From a virus (lineage: Duplodnaviria > Caudoviricetes), in the IMG/VR virus record IMGVR_UViG_3300041809_002179, positions 1-55,202 of that record: a DNA stretch of 55,202 nucleotides; one strand, written 5' to 3'. Below, in pieces: positions 43,303 through 53,220 of the stretch. The notes under the pieces are model-generated. The model was given only the letters and a program-made list of their open reading frames with translations. It did no database searches and was not told the DNA's origin. Every line of letters begins with the position of its first letter. The first letter of the stretch is position 1. The position numbers were made by a program, and so were the translations under genes.

Positions 43303-44070
43303 GTGACAGGAGGTCACAATCTATGCGTCATGATATCCGTAAGGATTATCTCAAAAGGGTCTAGCCGCCATCATCGCGGTCATTCTCCGTTCCCGTTCGA
43401 TCGTTTTCTCAACAGCCGTCTTGGCCGTCCTTGGGATGAAGTGTATTCCGAAGTGAGCCAATCGTTTGATCATCGTTCTTACGCCGGTCATAGCTTCTTT
43501 CGCGACCTTCGCTGGCATGTCGCTACCAACTGCTGGATTGGGGCCGAGACCGGAACCCTCTATTCCAACGAGTATGGTGGCTCCGTCGTACAGAACGAAT
43601 TCTACGTTCATCCCTGGACCGGTATCCTTTCCTGGGCGGAGCCTGTGGATCGTACCTGGCCCAATCCGCCTAAAACCCAAGTGGATATTGAAGTAAAACG
43701 GGACGACTACGGCAAAATTCTCACAGGTAAGTTCTACGAGAAGGTTGATGGAATCTGGTACTATTTCGAGACTTATAGCATCGAGCACCAGGGTTTCACT
43801 AACATCTGCCCTTACGATGGGTGGCGTGGGGAGACCGTGGAAATTGATGGTGAGAAGCTCTACCGTCTCACCTGGAACGAACACATCAACATCAAACGTC
43901 AGCTCAGCAAGAAAGAACTTCGCCAGAACGGTCTGCACAACGGGAGTCGGTTCAATGCCTGGAAGCGTTGCGCTGTCTGCGGGGCGAATGGTTTCCGCTG
44001 TATTCACATAATCAAAGAGGAGGCGGAAAAACGCTCGAAACAATGGCCGTATTGCGTTAAAGGATCTTAA
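43303..44070 (+). CDS. Hypothetical protein (start uncertain)
   Basis: RFLNSRLGRPWDEVYSE...FYVHPWTGIL...KRQLSKKEL. Confidence 0.65.
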   Translation: MTGGHNLCVMISVRIISKGSSRHHRGHSPFPFDRFLNSRLGRPWDEVYSEVSQSFDHRSYAGHSFFRDLRWHVATNCWIGAETGTLYSNEYGGSVVQNEFYVHPWTGILSWAEPVDRTWPNPPKTQVDIEVKRDDYGKILTGKFYEKVDGIWYYFETYSIEHQGFTNICPYDGWRGETVEIDGEKLYRLTWNEHINIKRQLSKKELRQNGLHNGSRFNAWKRCAVCGANGFRCIHIIKEEAEKRSKQWPYCVKGS

Positions 44071-44521
44071 TCATGTACAGAGCAGTAGATCCGTCTTCAT
44101 ACCATCCCTTGCGGACAGCATGGACCCGGTAGCCCATCTTGAAGTACAACGTCTGGGCTGGGTTGTTTTGCTCAACTTCTAGGCGCACTTCGGTGAAGCC
44201 ACCTTTGCGATAGAAGTCTTCCGCCGCCGTTAACAGTTTGGCGGCGATGCCGCGTCTGCGATGTTTTGGGTCTACATTTATGGTTCCAATGTAGCCCTGA
44301 TTACGACGAACTTCTCCTGCAAGGAAGCCAATAATTTCTTTTATCGGATTGCAGAAACCACAATCACAGTCAGTTTTTTCAGCGACCCAAACGTCCATCT
44401 TGGTTATCCCTGGCAGGAAATCCTTCTCTTCCCAACGGATAGGAGGTTCAAAACAGAGACATTCCAGCTCATAGAGACGTGGAACTTCTTCCGGAGCAAA
44501 GCCTGGACGTATGGTAATCAT
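44057..44521 (-). CDS. GNAT acetyltransferase (RimI-like)
   Basis: INVDPKHRRRGIA, LEV..NNPAQTLYFKMGY. Confidence 0.92.
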   Translation of the reverse strand: MITIRPGFAPEEVPRLYELECLCFEPPIRWEEKDFLPGITKMDVWVAEKTDCDCGFCNPIKEIIGFLAGEVRRNQGYIGTINVDPKHRRRGIAAKLLTAAEDFYRKGGFTEVRLEVEQNNPAQTLYFKMGYRVHAVRKGWYEDGSTALYMIKIL

Positions 44522-44741
44522 GTTCAATTCCTGCAATCTCGTTTGTATTTGTTGTCAAAATCCCGGGCTTCCATCGGCTGTTTAGTGCAAAATTTTCCAG
44601 CATCAAAACAATCCCTCTCTTCCAAGAGCCAACCGCAGTATTCTTCGTGAGAGGAAAATCCACCTTTTCTTTCAAGTTGCAGCCGATTTGGCTAGCACAA
44701 CCAACGCATAGAAGTAATGCCAACGCTGTTGCCAAGTGCTA

Positions 44742-45518
44742 CTAGAATATACTGCAAGCAGTGACGGAACGGTTAAAACGTTTTCCCTCTTGGAAGAAAT
44801 CAGATAGCTTTCCTCGGCGTTTGCATTGACAGGAATGAAAACCACAGGAGGGACACAAGGAGCCGTTACTTTCTCTGAGTTTTCGCACTTGGATTAAAGC
44901 AGGTCGCAACAATTGCATCTCTTCAAAAGTTAGCTGGTTACTTTTCAAATTATTGCAATCCCAGCAGCAAACTACACAGTTGTCTCGTAGGTATCCTAGA
45001 GCGTTGTTTTTTCTATCAAGATTGTATCGATACCGGCTGCCTTGAGAATACGGTTCCCAAATGATAGGAGCGTCACAGTAATGACAGCTCTTTACTTTTG
45101 TAAATTCTAGAAAATGTTCGTATGTGAACAAAACCGGGTTGGCTGCTCTGGTTGAGATGCTGTTGTAGAGACTTTCAAATGGCCGCTTGCGCGTCTTTAA
45201 CGATTGCTCCCTTCCAATTTTGGTCAAGTGGCATTTCGCACAAAGACCATTTTTCATAGTGCCTTTGTTGCCACAGGCGCAAGTTTTCGACAAATCCAAC
45301 TTTTGACTGCAACCAGGATATTCGTGGCCACAGTCATAACACCCACTCCCATGTTTGTGAGCAAAAGGTTTTTGTTGAAAATCCCCGTGCTTACGGCAAA
45401 TGATAGTGACGGGAGTTGAATCATTCTTTATGGTGATAACCAGGGAATAGTCGTACTGATCACCGTGGACAGCTCGCGCTTTGCGAAGAAAATCTTCTAC
45501 AGTATCTCGTTTTGCCAC
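44742..45518 (-). CDS. HNH-type homing endonuclease with N-terminal Zn module
   Basis: ARAVHGDQYDYS...CRKHG; CHYCD...LDRKNNALGY..NCVVCCWDCNNLK. Confidence 0.8.
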   Translation of the reverse strand: MAKRDTVEDFLRKARAVHGDQYDYSLVITIKNDSTPVTIICRKHGDFQQKPFAHKHGSGCYDCGHEYPGCSQKLDLSKTCACGNKGTMKNGLCAKCHLTKIGREQSLKTRKRPFESLYNSISTRAANPVLFTYEHFLEFTKVKSCHYCDAPIIWEPYSQGSRYRYNLDRKNNALGYLRDNCVVCCWDCNNLKSNQLTFEEMQLLRPALIQVRKLRESNGSLCPSCGFHSCQCKRRGKLSDFFQEGKRFNRSVTACSIF

Positions 45519-45521
45519 ATA

Positions 45522-47204
45522 TCAGGCCCGCCAGTTGCCTGCATACATGGTAATGATAGTTCTTTTCCCATTAGGATATGTGAGTATTGCAGAATGACTC
45601 CAACTGCTTGGGCCGTGGTTGTAGCCCATGCTCAATGTGGTCGAAGTACCAGCCACGTATAATCCGTTCCAGATCCCTGCCGAGTGTGTATGGCCGATGT
45701 TTGCCTTGCGGCCTATCTTACTCATCTGCGTGGGTGTACCCCGCGCTCCATCCGCGCCAAGATGTCCGTGCATTCCACACTCAATCTTGCGATTGCAGAT
45801 GGTATAAGACTCGTCCAAATCCAGGAACTTGGCTGGTGCCTTGAATCCGCCAAATTGGCGCAATAGATATTCGGTGACATTGAGCTCCTTGGTGCCCCGA
45901 CCCGGACCGTTAAATTCAGTTTCACGTAACGTTGCGAACCGAGCCGCGTTGCCGGCGAAATAGATTTCAGCGTTCTGGGGATCATCTTGTCGTGGGTCGT
46001 ACTCATCCAAAAATCGATCCATCCACCGATCGTGGTTGGAATTTACAACGACCATTTCTACGCCAGGACGAACATAATCATTTAGCAGGGCTTTGGACAC
46101 CTTGAGTTCGTACTCTAATGATGTGAGCCCTCGCAAATGCGTCTTGAATCGCGAGTATGGTCGATTCGCTTCATGGTGGTTGACCGAAGCGCCTTCCATA
46201 AGGTCGTGGATAAACTGGTATTTGGGCTTGAGGGCGTCCAGCATTTCAATGTTGAGTCGGTGCACCGTCGGGTCTATTGTAGTGCAGTGGATGTCACCGT
46301 AGGTGATGGCTTCTACCGGATTGCCAGTAGTAACTTGGCCATTATCCACGACCACGTCCAAATCCTGCATATGCCCGGTATCGTCAGCGTCTAGCTGCCG
46401 GACCCACCAGTTGCCATTGTGGTTTACTTCTACCAAGACCGCGCCGTACACGTGATGATGCTCGGCTTTTAGACCGGCTTTCTTCTGAATGTAATTGCGC
46501 TTGGTGCAAGTTCCTGTCGTGTAATTGAACTTGGTACCTTCTCCCTGCATCGTAGCTATGGAACGCATGGCCATCTTCGCATGGGGAAAGATGGCGGATT
46601 TACGTCCGGAATAGGTTTCAAGACCGGAAAGCGGATCGGTAGCGGTGGGGAGAATGTTCATCTTGCCACACCAGAGCAAGCCAGTGCCTAATTCCACTTG
46701 ACCATCGTTGATGTAACTTTCGATATCTGGATCATACCAGAGATCTTCATCTTCTTCTTCGTAGGTTCCACGCTTCACAGCCAATGGGCCATAAGCATTT
46801 TTGTCATAAGAATAGGTGCCAACGAAGATTTCAGCCTTATAGAATTCAGCCAGGGCTAGAAGGTTCACCCAAAGTTTGTCGTGAACGTAAGTGTTGTTTT
46901 GGGCAGAAGTTAAAATGTATCGCTTTACTTCACCGGCTGCGGGTAGTCTTGCTGCCTTAACCGCAACACCGTGGATGGAACCGGCTGCCACTGGTTTGCG
47001 TTGTTTGCCCTTTTTCAGATTTCCAGATCGCCGGAGTTGACGGTACACCGAGGAGCGACTGATACTCAATTCGCGTGCCGTAGCAGACACGTTGCCTGCA
47101 TTATGGTTGTACGACGCGACGATTTTTTCTAGAAGGGCGATCTGTTCAGGTGAGTCGGGGATAGATTTTTTACTCAAACCGTTTCCTCCACGATGGCCGG
47201 ACAA
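45522..47204 (-). CDS. T5 A1-like metallophosphoesterase-fold nuclease with N-terminal HTH
   Basis: GNVSATARELSISRSSVYR HTH; ILTSAQNNT, GDIH, HDL, NSNHD, HGH, GHTHS, GYNHGPSSWS..YPNGKR. Confidence 0.7.
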   Translation of the reverse strand: MSGHRGGNGLSKKSIPDSPEQIALLEKIVASYNHNAGNVSATARELSISRSSVYRQLRRSGNLKKGKQRKPVAAGSIHGVAVKAARLPAAGEVKRYILTSAQNNTYVHDKLWVNLLALAEFYKAEIFVGTYSYDKNAYGPLAVKRGTYEEEDEDLWYDPDIESYINDGQVELGTGLLWCGKMNILPTATDPLSGLETYSGRKSAIFPHAKMAMRSIATMQGEGTKFNYTTGTCTKRNYIQKKAGLKAEHHHVYGAVLVEVNHNGNWWVRQLDADDTGHMQDLDVVVDNGQVTTGNPVEAITYGDIHCTTIDPTVHRLNIEMLDALKPKYQFIHDLMEGASVNHHEANRPYSRFKTHLRGLTSLEYELKVSKALLNDYVRPGVEMVVVNSNHDRWMDRFLDEYDPRQDDPQNAEIYFAGNAARFATLRETEFNGPGRGTKELNVTEYLLRQFGGFKAPAKFLDLDESYTICNRKIECGMHGHLGADGARGTPTQMSKIGRKANIGHTHSAGIWNGLYVAGTSTTLSMGYNHGPSSWSHSAILTYPNGKRTIITMYAGNWRA

Positions 47205-47355
47205 CGCTACACTTAAATACTCCGTAGTGGCGTTACTAAGACGTTACCTTAGTTGGGGTTGATACTCGCTAACACGAGGGTTTGAGAGGTTTTTGAGAGC
47301 CTTTAGTGAAGGGGATGTGTTGGCTCTTCTAGTTTCCCCAACAAGACTGGTAACA

Positions 47356-48483
47356 ATGGAATTCACTGCCCAATTTCTTCAGAGAGCGGATCAAGAAAAA
47401 CGGTCATTCCGGGGATTGCCAATTGTCATAACAGACCCCAGAGGAACGATTCGCGAAGGAGTTGACCCAATGTCAGGCCGGGCTTGGTCTCGCGAAATGA
47501 AGTGCGACTACGGGTATATCCCAGGCACTTCCGCTGCCGGCGATGAAGAGAGTGTGGATGTGTACGTCGGTCCTGATGAAAATTCAGAATTTGTCTATGT
47601 CGTGGAACAGGTGGGGCCGACCGGCGAGTTCGATGAGTATAAATTGATGCTGGGTTTTCCGAATCTAGAAGCTGCCGAGGAAATGTTTGAACAACAGGGG
47701 CCAGAAGAATGGGATGGCCTGGGAGACATTTCTGAAATTCCATTGGAGCATCTATTTGACGCCGTTGAAGAGCACCGGAAGACTGCTGCTGATCCAGATC
47801 TCATAGAGAAGTTCGTGGTACAATATGAGCGCCAACGTGGTGTATACGGCAAGGCCGCCGATGTGGTACGGAAAGAGATTGCCGATGCTTGTGAGAAGAA
47901 AGGTATACGGTGTGCAGTCGTCTCTCGTGCCAAAGAAGTGGATAGTCTCCGTAAGAAACTGGAGAAGCGAAATGCTCTCCGCCCATACGTAGACTTCAAG
48001 GACATTCGAACAGATATCAAAGATTTAGCCGGAGTCCGAGTCGCTCTTTACTTTCCTATTGATCGGGACGGGGTGCGAGACATCATCAAAAAATTATACA
48101 AAATGGCGCGGCCTGTGAAACATTTCCCTGAAGATCGTGGTCCAGAAGATGGTGAAGACTATGAGGCAGACCATTATGCCATCAAGTACGCGGGTTTGAT
48201 TGTAGAGATCCAAGTGGCTTCAGCTTTGATGCTCGCCTGGTCCGAGGTCGCCCACGATTTAGTTTACAAGCCAAGAATGGGCGAAGTGACTCCGGCTGAG
48301 TATCAATTATTGGACGAGCTTAAAGACATTGTGAAGGCGGGTGAGCACACTGTCACCCAGTTGCAAGATTCAGTTATGAGTCGAATCGCTAGCATTCCTT
48401 CGGAAGCGCAGCGCGTGGCCGCTCGGTTGTACGCCACAACCATACTCACTCGTCGCAACGAAATCTTGGCAGGTGGCGTTTAG
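47356..48483 (+). CDS. Fusion of inorganic-pyrophosphatase-like domain and RelA/SpoT-type synthetase domain
   Basis: DYGYIPGT...SVDVYVG...FDEYKLMLGF; SRAKEVDSLRKK, DLAGVRV, VEIQV...AWSEVAHDLVYK. Confidence 0.85.
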   Translation: MEFTAQFLQRADQEKRSFRGLPIVITDPRGTIREGVDPMSGRAWSREMKCDYGYIPGTSAAGDEESVDVYVGPDENSEFVYVVEQVGPTGEFDEYKLMLGFPNLEAAEEMFEQQGPEEWDGLGDISEIPLEHLFDAVEEHRKTAADPDLIEKFVVQYERQRGVYGKAADVVRKEIADACEKKGIRCAVVSRAKEVDSLRKKLEKRNALRPYVDFKDIRTDIKDLAGVRVALYFPIDRDGVRDIIKKLYKMARPVKHFPEDRGPEDGEDYEADHYAIKYAGLIVEIQVASALMLAWSEVAHDLVYKPRMGEVTPAEYQLLDELKDIVKAGEHTVTQLQDSVMSRIASIPSEAQRVAARLYATTILTRRNEILAGGV

Positions 48484-48499
48484 AACAGAGGACACCTAA

Positions 48500-49045
48500 A
48501 TGGCGCTGGCTCCCTTCACTAAGATCGTCATCGATAAACGCGAAGAGAGAAAATTTCGCCGTCGTGCTCTCGCGCACTATCCCTATGAGCATATCGAAGC
48601 CTTATGGGGTGAAGTGCGTGGGGACACTGTCTATGTTGTTGCTTTTATGGCTATGGAGCATAGAAGTTCTCTTAAATCTCTCCAGTATGAAGACGCAGAA
48701 TTAGATGAGCATGAAGATGACGCAAAGGATGCACACCTTGAATTTTTAGGTACCATTCATAGTCATCCTGATTGTAACGATAATCGTTTTGGAGATCGGG
48801 ATTTGGCAACTATGCAAGAATCCCAGGAATCAGTTATGGGAATTTTAGCTATTGAAGCCGAAGTGAAGGGCAAAAAGCTCAAGAAGCGCCGGTGCCGGGT
48901 TGCATACTGGCCCTCTACAAGACCGTTGGAAGTTATACGTAAGGAATGGGATGCATCCACTTCTAAAAAGATTAAGCGACCGCGTCGCGCTGGCGTCAAA
49001 CTCAATTACGCCACGGCATCCAGCCGCAAACGCAAGCGCCGATAA
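48500..49045 (+). CDS. JAB/MPN metalloprotease
   Basis: YPYE..., GTIHSHP...DL JAMM-like motif. Confidence 0.75.
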   Translation: MALAPFTKIVIDKREERKFRRRALAHYPYEHIEALWGEVRGDTVYVVAFMAMEHRSSLKSLQYEDAELDEHEDDAKDAHLEFLGTIHSHPDCNDNRFGDRDLATMQESQESVMGILAIEAEVKGKKLKKRRCRVAYWPSTRPLEVIRKEWDASTSKKIKRPRRAGVKLNYATASSRKRKRR

Positions 49046-52000
49046 AATCGCGAAACTTCCCCTCGTCAAGACGGCTCCTTTCATAACGGCGCTGAACAGA
49101 GTCAAGGATCAAATCATCGGCAAGAATCTGGGCAGCTTAGAAATCGCCCAAATCCTTAACAGTGCGCTGTATTCTTACCACATAACATTTGAACCAGGAA
49201 TGGGAAGTGAGTCAGGGCATCCTGACCAAGCTAGGTTTCATATCATCCGGGGTTGGATGGACGACAATTCCAACATTGGCATCGAATATGAAAATGATTT
49301 CTATGAACAATTTGACGACATGAGTGACAACGAGTGGAATGACTTCGTTAAAACTGTGGTCGCGATCATAGCTCACGAGGCCACCCATCGTAATCAGATG
49401 GAGAGCATTAAAGAGAAGTACCAATACGAAACCGGTGCGAATTACCACTACAAAATTGATCAAGCGATACGTAGTTTCGGAGGGGTGCCCACCGACATTT
49501 TCAAATACATGTCCAATCCCCACGAGATCGCTGCGTTTGCTCGCGAGGCCGTTGAAGAGTTGCGTGCCGTGGGGTATTCCGATGAACGCATCTTAGAGAC
49601 TCTTAGAAATCGGGAAGAGCTCAAACACATCGTTGGTGATGCTCACACATTCTGGCGGTATTGGGATTTCTTCGGACCGGGAGATCCAGTCTTCACCAGA
49701 CTTCTGCAACAGATGTACAAAGTGTTGACTAACAAGACGGCTGCTTTGAAAGCTGAAGGTCTGTTACGCCTGCACGACATGATTAAGAACAATCCTAGTC
49801 GCCTTCGCACGCGCGAAACCCATATTGCTGAAGCAGTTTTCGAGCGTCAACAGCCCGCGCTTTATGAGCTCTTGAAGCAGGTCCAAAAGACTACGCGAAA
49901 AGATGAACGCATTCAAGAAATACTAGGGGATACCGTTCTGCCCGCTCTCCAAAAGGCCGACGATCTATTTGCAAAATACAAAGATGGCGATGAATTTCTA
50001 ATCGATCAAGCGTTGACTAAACAGGAACATGCATTGATGACGCTGCACAACATCATAAGGATTTTGAATGAAGTAGAGCAAGACAACAAGACGGCAGCGG
50101 ATGTTCACAACGAAGACAACGGAGGCTTTGAACCCTGGATAGGTGTAGATCTGGACGGTACGTTGGCTGAGGAACAGAAACCCTTCCAGGAATATGGCAT
50201 CGGTGCTCCTGTCCCGGCGATGGTGAAAAAGGTGCAGGACGCAATTGCTTTAGGAGAATTGGTGAAGGTCTTCACCGCCCGCCTAGCAGTACCGGAAACT
50301 CATGATCGGCTCCAGGTTGTAATTCGGGAATGGACTAAGAAGTTTGTTGGTGTGCCTTTGGATTCTACATGCGTCAAGGATCCGGGCATGAAAGAGATCT
50401 GGGACGACCGGGCGCGGCAAGTGGTGAAGGATACCGGCGAGTTTAAGTGCGCTTCTATCAAATTGTATCGGGGGATGTCGCAAGATGAATATCAAAATCT
50501 GTTAAAGACCCACGTCCTTCAGCCCAACCCGCATAATCCTCACAATAATTGCACCCAGGATTTGGAGACTGCGAAATTCTACACTAAGCAGCACGATGAT
50601 CCCGGGGTTGTGGTGGAGTTTTCCGCACCGGTTGATGCTGTGATTGAAGATGAGATCTACAAAGGCGATTACAGGCTGATAAAACCCGTTCCGTTGGAAG
50701 AGATAAAGACCGCTGGTCAAGGTAGAGACATAACACGTCGCCAACACTCGGATCATTCAGAGAACGACATCACCATGACGGATCCGGAACATCCGTTTAC
50801 TGATGAGATGGAGAAAGTCAAAGAGGCCAAAACCGGTCTGCATCCCAATCACAATGTGCAAATAACTCTACCGCCCGCCGCCGTCGCTGAAGTTGCCGGG
50901 GCTTCTAAAAATATTCCCGACGCTGAGCTAGGCATAGATGGACGCGAAGATGATCCGCATATCACTGTTAAATTCGGGGTTAGGGATGACATAGACACTC
51001 TAGCAAATGTAGTTGAGTCTGTTATGCCTTTTAGCGTTACACTTGGGAAATTAAAAGTGTTTCACGCTGAAGGAGAGCAAGTGGCTGTTGTGGCAGAAGC
51101 TCAATCGCCGGAGTTGCCGAAGTTACACAAACTTGTAGACAAGGCTATTGGACATCGGCCTGATGATTGGCCCTACAGCGCCCATGTAACATTGGCTTAT
51201 GTCAAAAAAGAATTCAGCAAGAAGTATGAAGGGTCTGCTTTAGTTGAAGGGCTATCTTTCACCGCTAATTCTGTAACGTTGTCCCGAAAAGGTGGCGAAC
51301 GTACCACTATTCCTCTGGGAAAGAAGACGGCGGCTACAGGCTTATCCGCTATCGTAAAGACTGCATCCATAACTCACAAATGCGCTCGGATGGGTACGTT
51401 GTCGGATTACCAGGCAGCCCTTTCGGATCATTACACTCTAGACCATGCCAAGGGCGGGGTCTACGACTACAGCACAACAACTGCTCTAGGCCCATCGATT
51501 GTCCGACTCATAGCACAACCCGACGGTACGGTAAAGTGGATTCGCCAGTCGGAAGGGAATGTTAAAACTCGTGGCTCCGATTTAGATAAATTCCTGGCAA
51601 CCATGGAGATGAGTGCGGGCTACTTGGAACACCCTCAGACTTACATAAAGGTCAAAGGTAAAACTTTGAGTGTAGATGTGGGGGTCAAAGAACTTGTGTG
51701 GTTCTTAGGTAATCTTCCTGGAGTTAAGACTACAGCATCATGCCAGGGTGAACCGGGTCATTGGAAGGGCGGATACGTAGCGATTCAAGTTGGTGACAAA
51801 ACGGCTGCCAATCTGCAGCACTACCTCTACAGCGATGAAGTGCCGCGAGGAGTGATAAACAGCCAATCCCGTTATTCGGGAGGCATTGCGATTTATTGGA
51901 AGACCGAGAATTACCCGGCTGTTCTGAAAGCCATCAAAGCCTTCTTCCAAAAAGGAGCTACGGCATCCCACAAGACTCCACCGTTCGACGACACACAGTA

Positions 52001-53195
52001 CAACGACCAGGAAGCGACAGAGGGCTCAAATGCCTATGATGCCGTTCACGAACGGGTCAAAGGTGTCTATGAAGACTTCCCGTTGGAAGAACTGTCGCCG
52101 GGGATCTTCAAAGATGCGGCTCTTCATATGGAAATGGATGACCAAGGAGAGAATGACAGCCGTCGTATGTTCCGCTTCTATTCGGGGCCGGGGCAAGACG
52201 TTGGACCGGGAGATGAACTTGGATGGATTGAGGTTCGAATCGAGGGCACTACAGCTTACGTAGACGATGTCTTTTTGAAAAAGACGATGCGCGGGCACGG
52301 TGAAGGCCGGGGTATGTACAGACAGGTCTTTGGTGCACTCAGGCAGCAGGGCATCACGGACGTTCAGACAATGCGTTCCGGTCCCAGCCCAGATGCCCGT
52401 CGTGCTTGGGAGAGTTTGAAGCGGGAATTTCCGATTGAGGAGTTCGCGCCGAATCAATTCCGAGTTCATCTTGCTGCCGCCAGCGATATAAAGGACATCG
52501 ATCGGGAACTTCAACGGGTAGCTTTCGGCACCGTGGTGGCCCTTCCTCTTAAGAATGGCTTGATCCGGGTGATGGACAACCATTACGATGTAATCAAGCC
52601 ACACGATTGCGATCCGGTTGAATTATATATGTGGCTCTTAGAGCAGCCGGATAACGTTGATCTCCAGACATTTAATACCGGGTGGCAGCAGTTCATTGGA
52701 GGAAAGACCGCTGCGACCTATCAAAGCAAGCCCGTGCTGCTGAATCTCGGAGATGGTTACTGGCTGTCCTATGCCAAACATCCGGTGGAAGCAGAATCAA
52801 ACACTTGGTCGGTGCTGTCTGATGAAGACAAACTTTTCAACATGGGAGAAATCACTGTAGATTTTTACAAAGATCTGCCGTTCCCATCCATCAACAGCAT
52901 CCGCCTAAACGACAAGCACCAGGGCAAGGGTCTAGGCCGTCATATCATCCAGGCGTTGGCAAAATTTTACGGCGGCTTGACCTCTGATCCACAACGTAAC
53001 ACGAATGATAATGCCATACGTATGTGGCGTGGCATTCCTGGAGTAGAAGAGGTTCCTTCACCACATAGTAACTTGACTCCCAAAGGCACTTTCTTCGTGC
53101 TGAAATTCGCCAAGGAATACAATCGTTTTCGATATGCTACAGATGCTTCAGGGGATTGGTTGGAGTTAGAGGATGTATCCGATAACGAAGTGTAA
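48951..53195 (+). CDS. Polyvalent multi-domain protein (zincin, HAD, ART-like, 2H phosphoesterase, two GNATs)
   Basis: HEATH ~49374; DLDGT ~50148; LYRGM ~50463; HIT ~50958 / HVT ~51183; MRGHGEG ~52287; HQGKGLG ~52917; start uncertain. Confidence 0.85.
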   Translation: MHPLLKRLSDRVALASNSITPRHPAANASADKIAKLPLVKTAPFITALNRVKDQIIGKNLGSLEIAQILNSALYSYHITFEPGMGSESGHPDQARFHIIRGWMDDNSNIGIEYENDFYEQFDDMSDNEWNDFVKTVVAIIAHEATHRNQMESIKEKYQYETGANYHYKIDQAIRSFGGVPTDIFKYMSNPHEIAAFAREAVEELRAVGYSDERILETLRNREELKHIVGDAHTFWRYWDFFGPGDPVFTRLLQQMYKVLTNKTAALKAEGLLRLHDMIKNNPSRLRTRETHIAEAVFERQQPALYELLKQVQKTTRKDERIQEILGDTVLPALQKADDLFAKYKDGDEFLIDQALTKQEHALMTLHNIIRILNEVEQDNKTAADVHNEDNGGFEPWIGVDLDGTLAEEQKPFQEYGIGAPVPAMVKKVQDAIALGELVKVFTARLAVPETHDRLQVVIREWTKKFVGVPLDSTCVKDPGMKEIWDDRARQVVKDTGEFKCASIKLYRGMSQDEYQNLLKTHVLQPNPHNPHNNCTQDLETAKFYTKQHDDPGVVVEFSAPVDAVIEDEIYKGDYRLIKPVPLEEIKTAGQGRDITRRQHSDHSENDITMTDPEHPFTDEMEKVKEAKTGLHPNHNVQITLPPAAVAEVAGASKNIPDAELGIDGREDDPHITVKFGVRDDIDTLANVVESVMPFSVTLGKLKVFHAEGEQVAVVAEAQSPELPKLHKLVDKAIGHRPDDWPYSAHVTLAYVKKEFSKKYEGSALVEGLSFTANSVTLSRKGGERTTIPLGKKTAATGLSAIVKTASITHKCARMGTLSDYQAALSDHYTLDHAKGGVYDYSTTTALGPSIVRLIAQPDGTVKWIRQSEGNVKTRGSDLDKFLATMEMSAGYLEHPQTYIKVKGKTLSVDVGVKELVWFLGNLPGVKTTASCQGEPGHWKGGYVAIQVGDKTAANLQHYLYSDEVPRGVINSQSRYSGGIAIYWKTENYPAVLKAIKAFFQKGATASHKTPPFDDTQYNDQEATEGSNAYDAVHERVKGVYEDFPLEELSPGIFKDAALHMEMDDQGENDSRRMFRFYSGPGQDVGPGDELGWIEVRIEGTTAYVDDVFLKKTMRGHGEGRGMYRQVFGALRQQGITDVQTMRSGPSPDARRAWESLKREFPIEEFAPNQFRVHLAAASDIKDIDRELQRVAFGTVVALPLKNGLIRVMDNHYDVIKPHDCDPVELYMWLLEQPDNVDLQTFNTGWQQFIGGKTAATYQSKPVLLNLGDGYWLSYAKHPVEAESNTWSVLSDEDKLFNMGEITVDFYKDLPFPSINSIRLNDKHQGKGLGRHIIQALAKFYGGLTSDPQRNTNDNAIRMWRGIPGVEEVPSPHSNLTPKGTFFVLKFAKEYNRFRYATDASGDWLELEDVSDNEV

Positions 53196-53220
53196 CAAGT
53201 AGACTTTCTGTAACTAATAC

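Noticed and set aside
19917-53210. Second promoter class resembling RCTTTC (19918, 41425, 53203)
   Set aside because: Too few and too degenerate instances to support by eye
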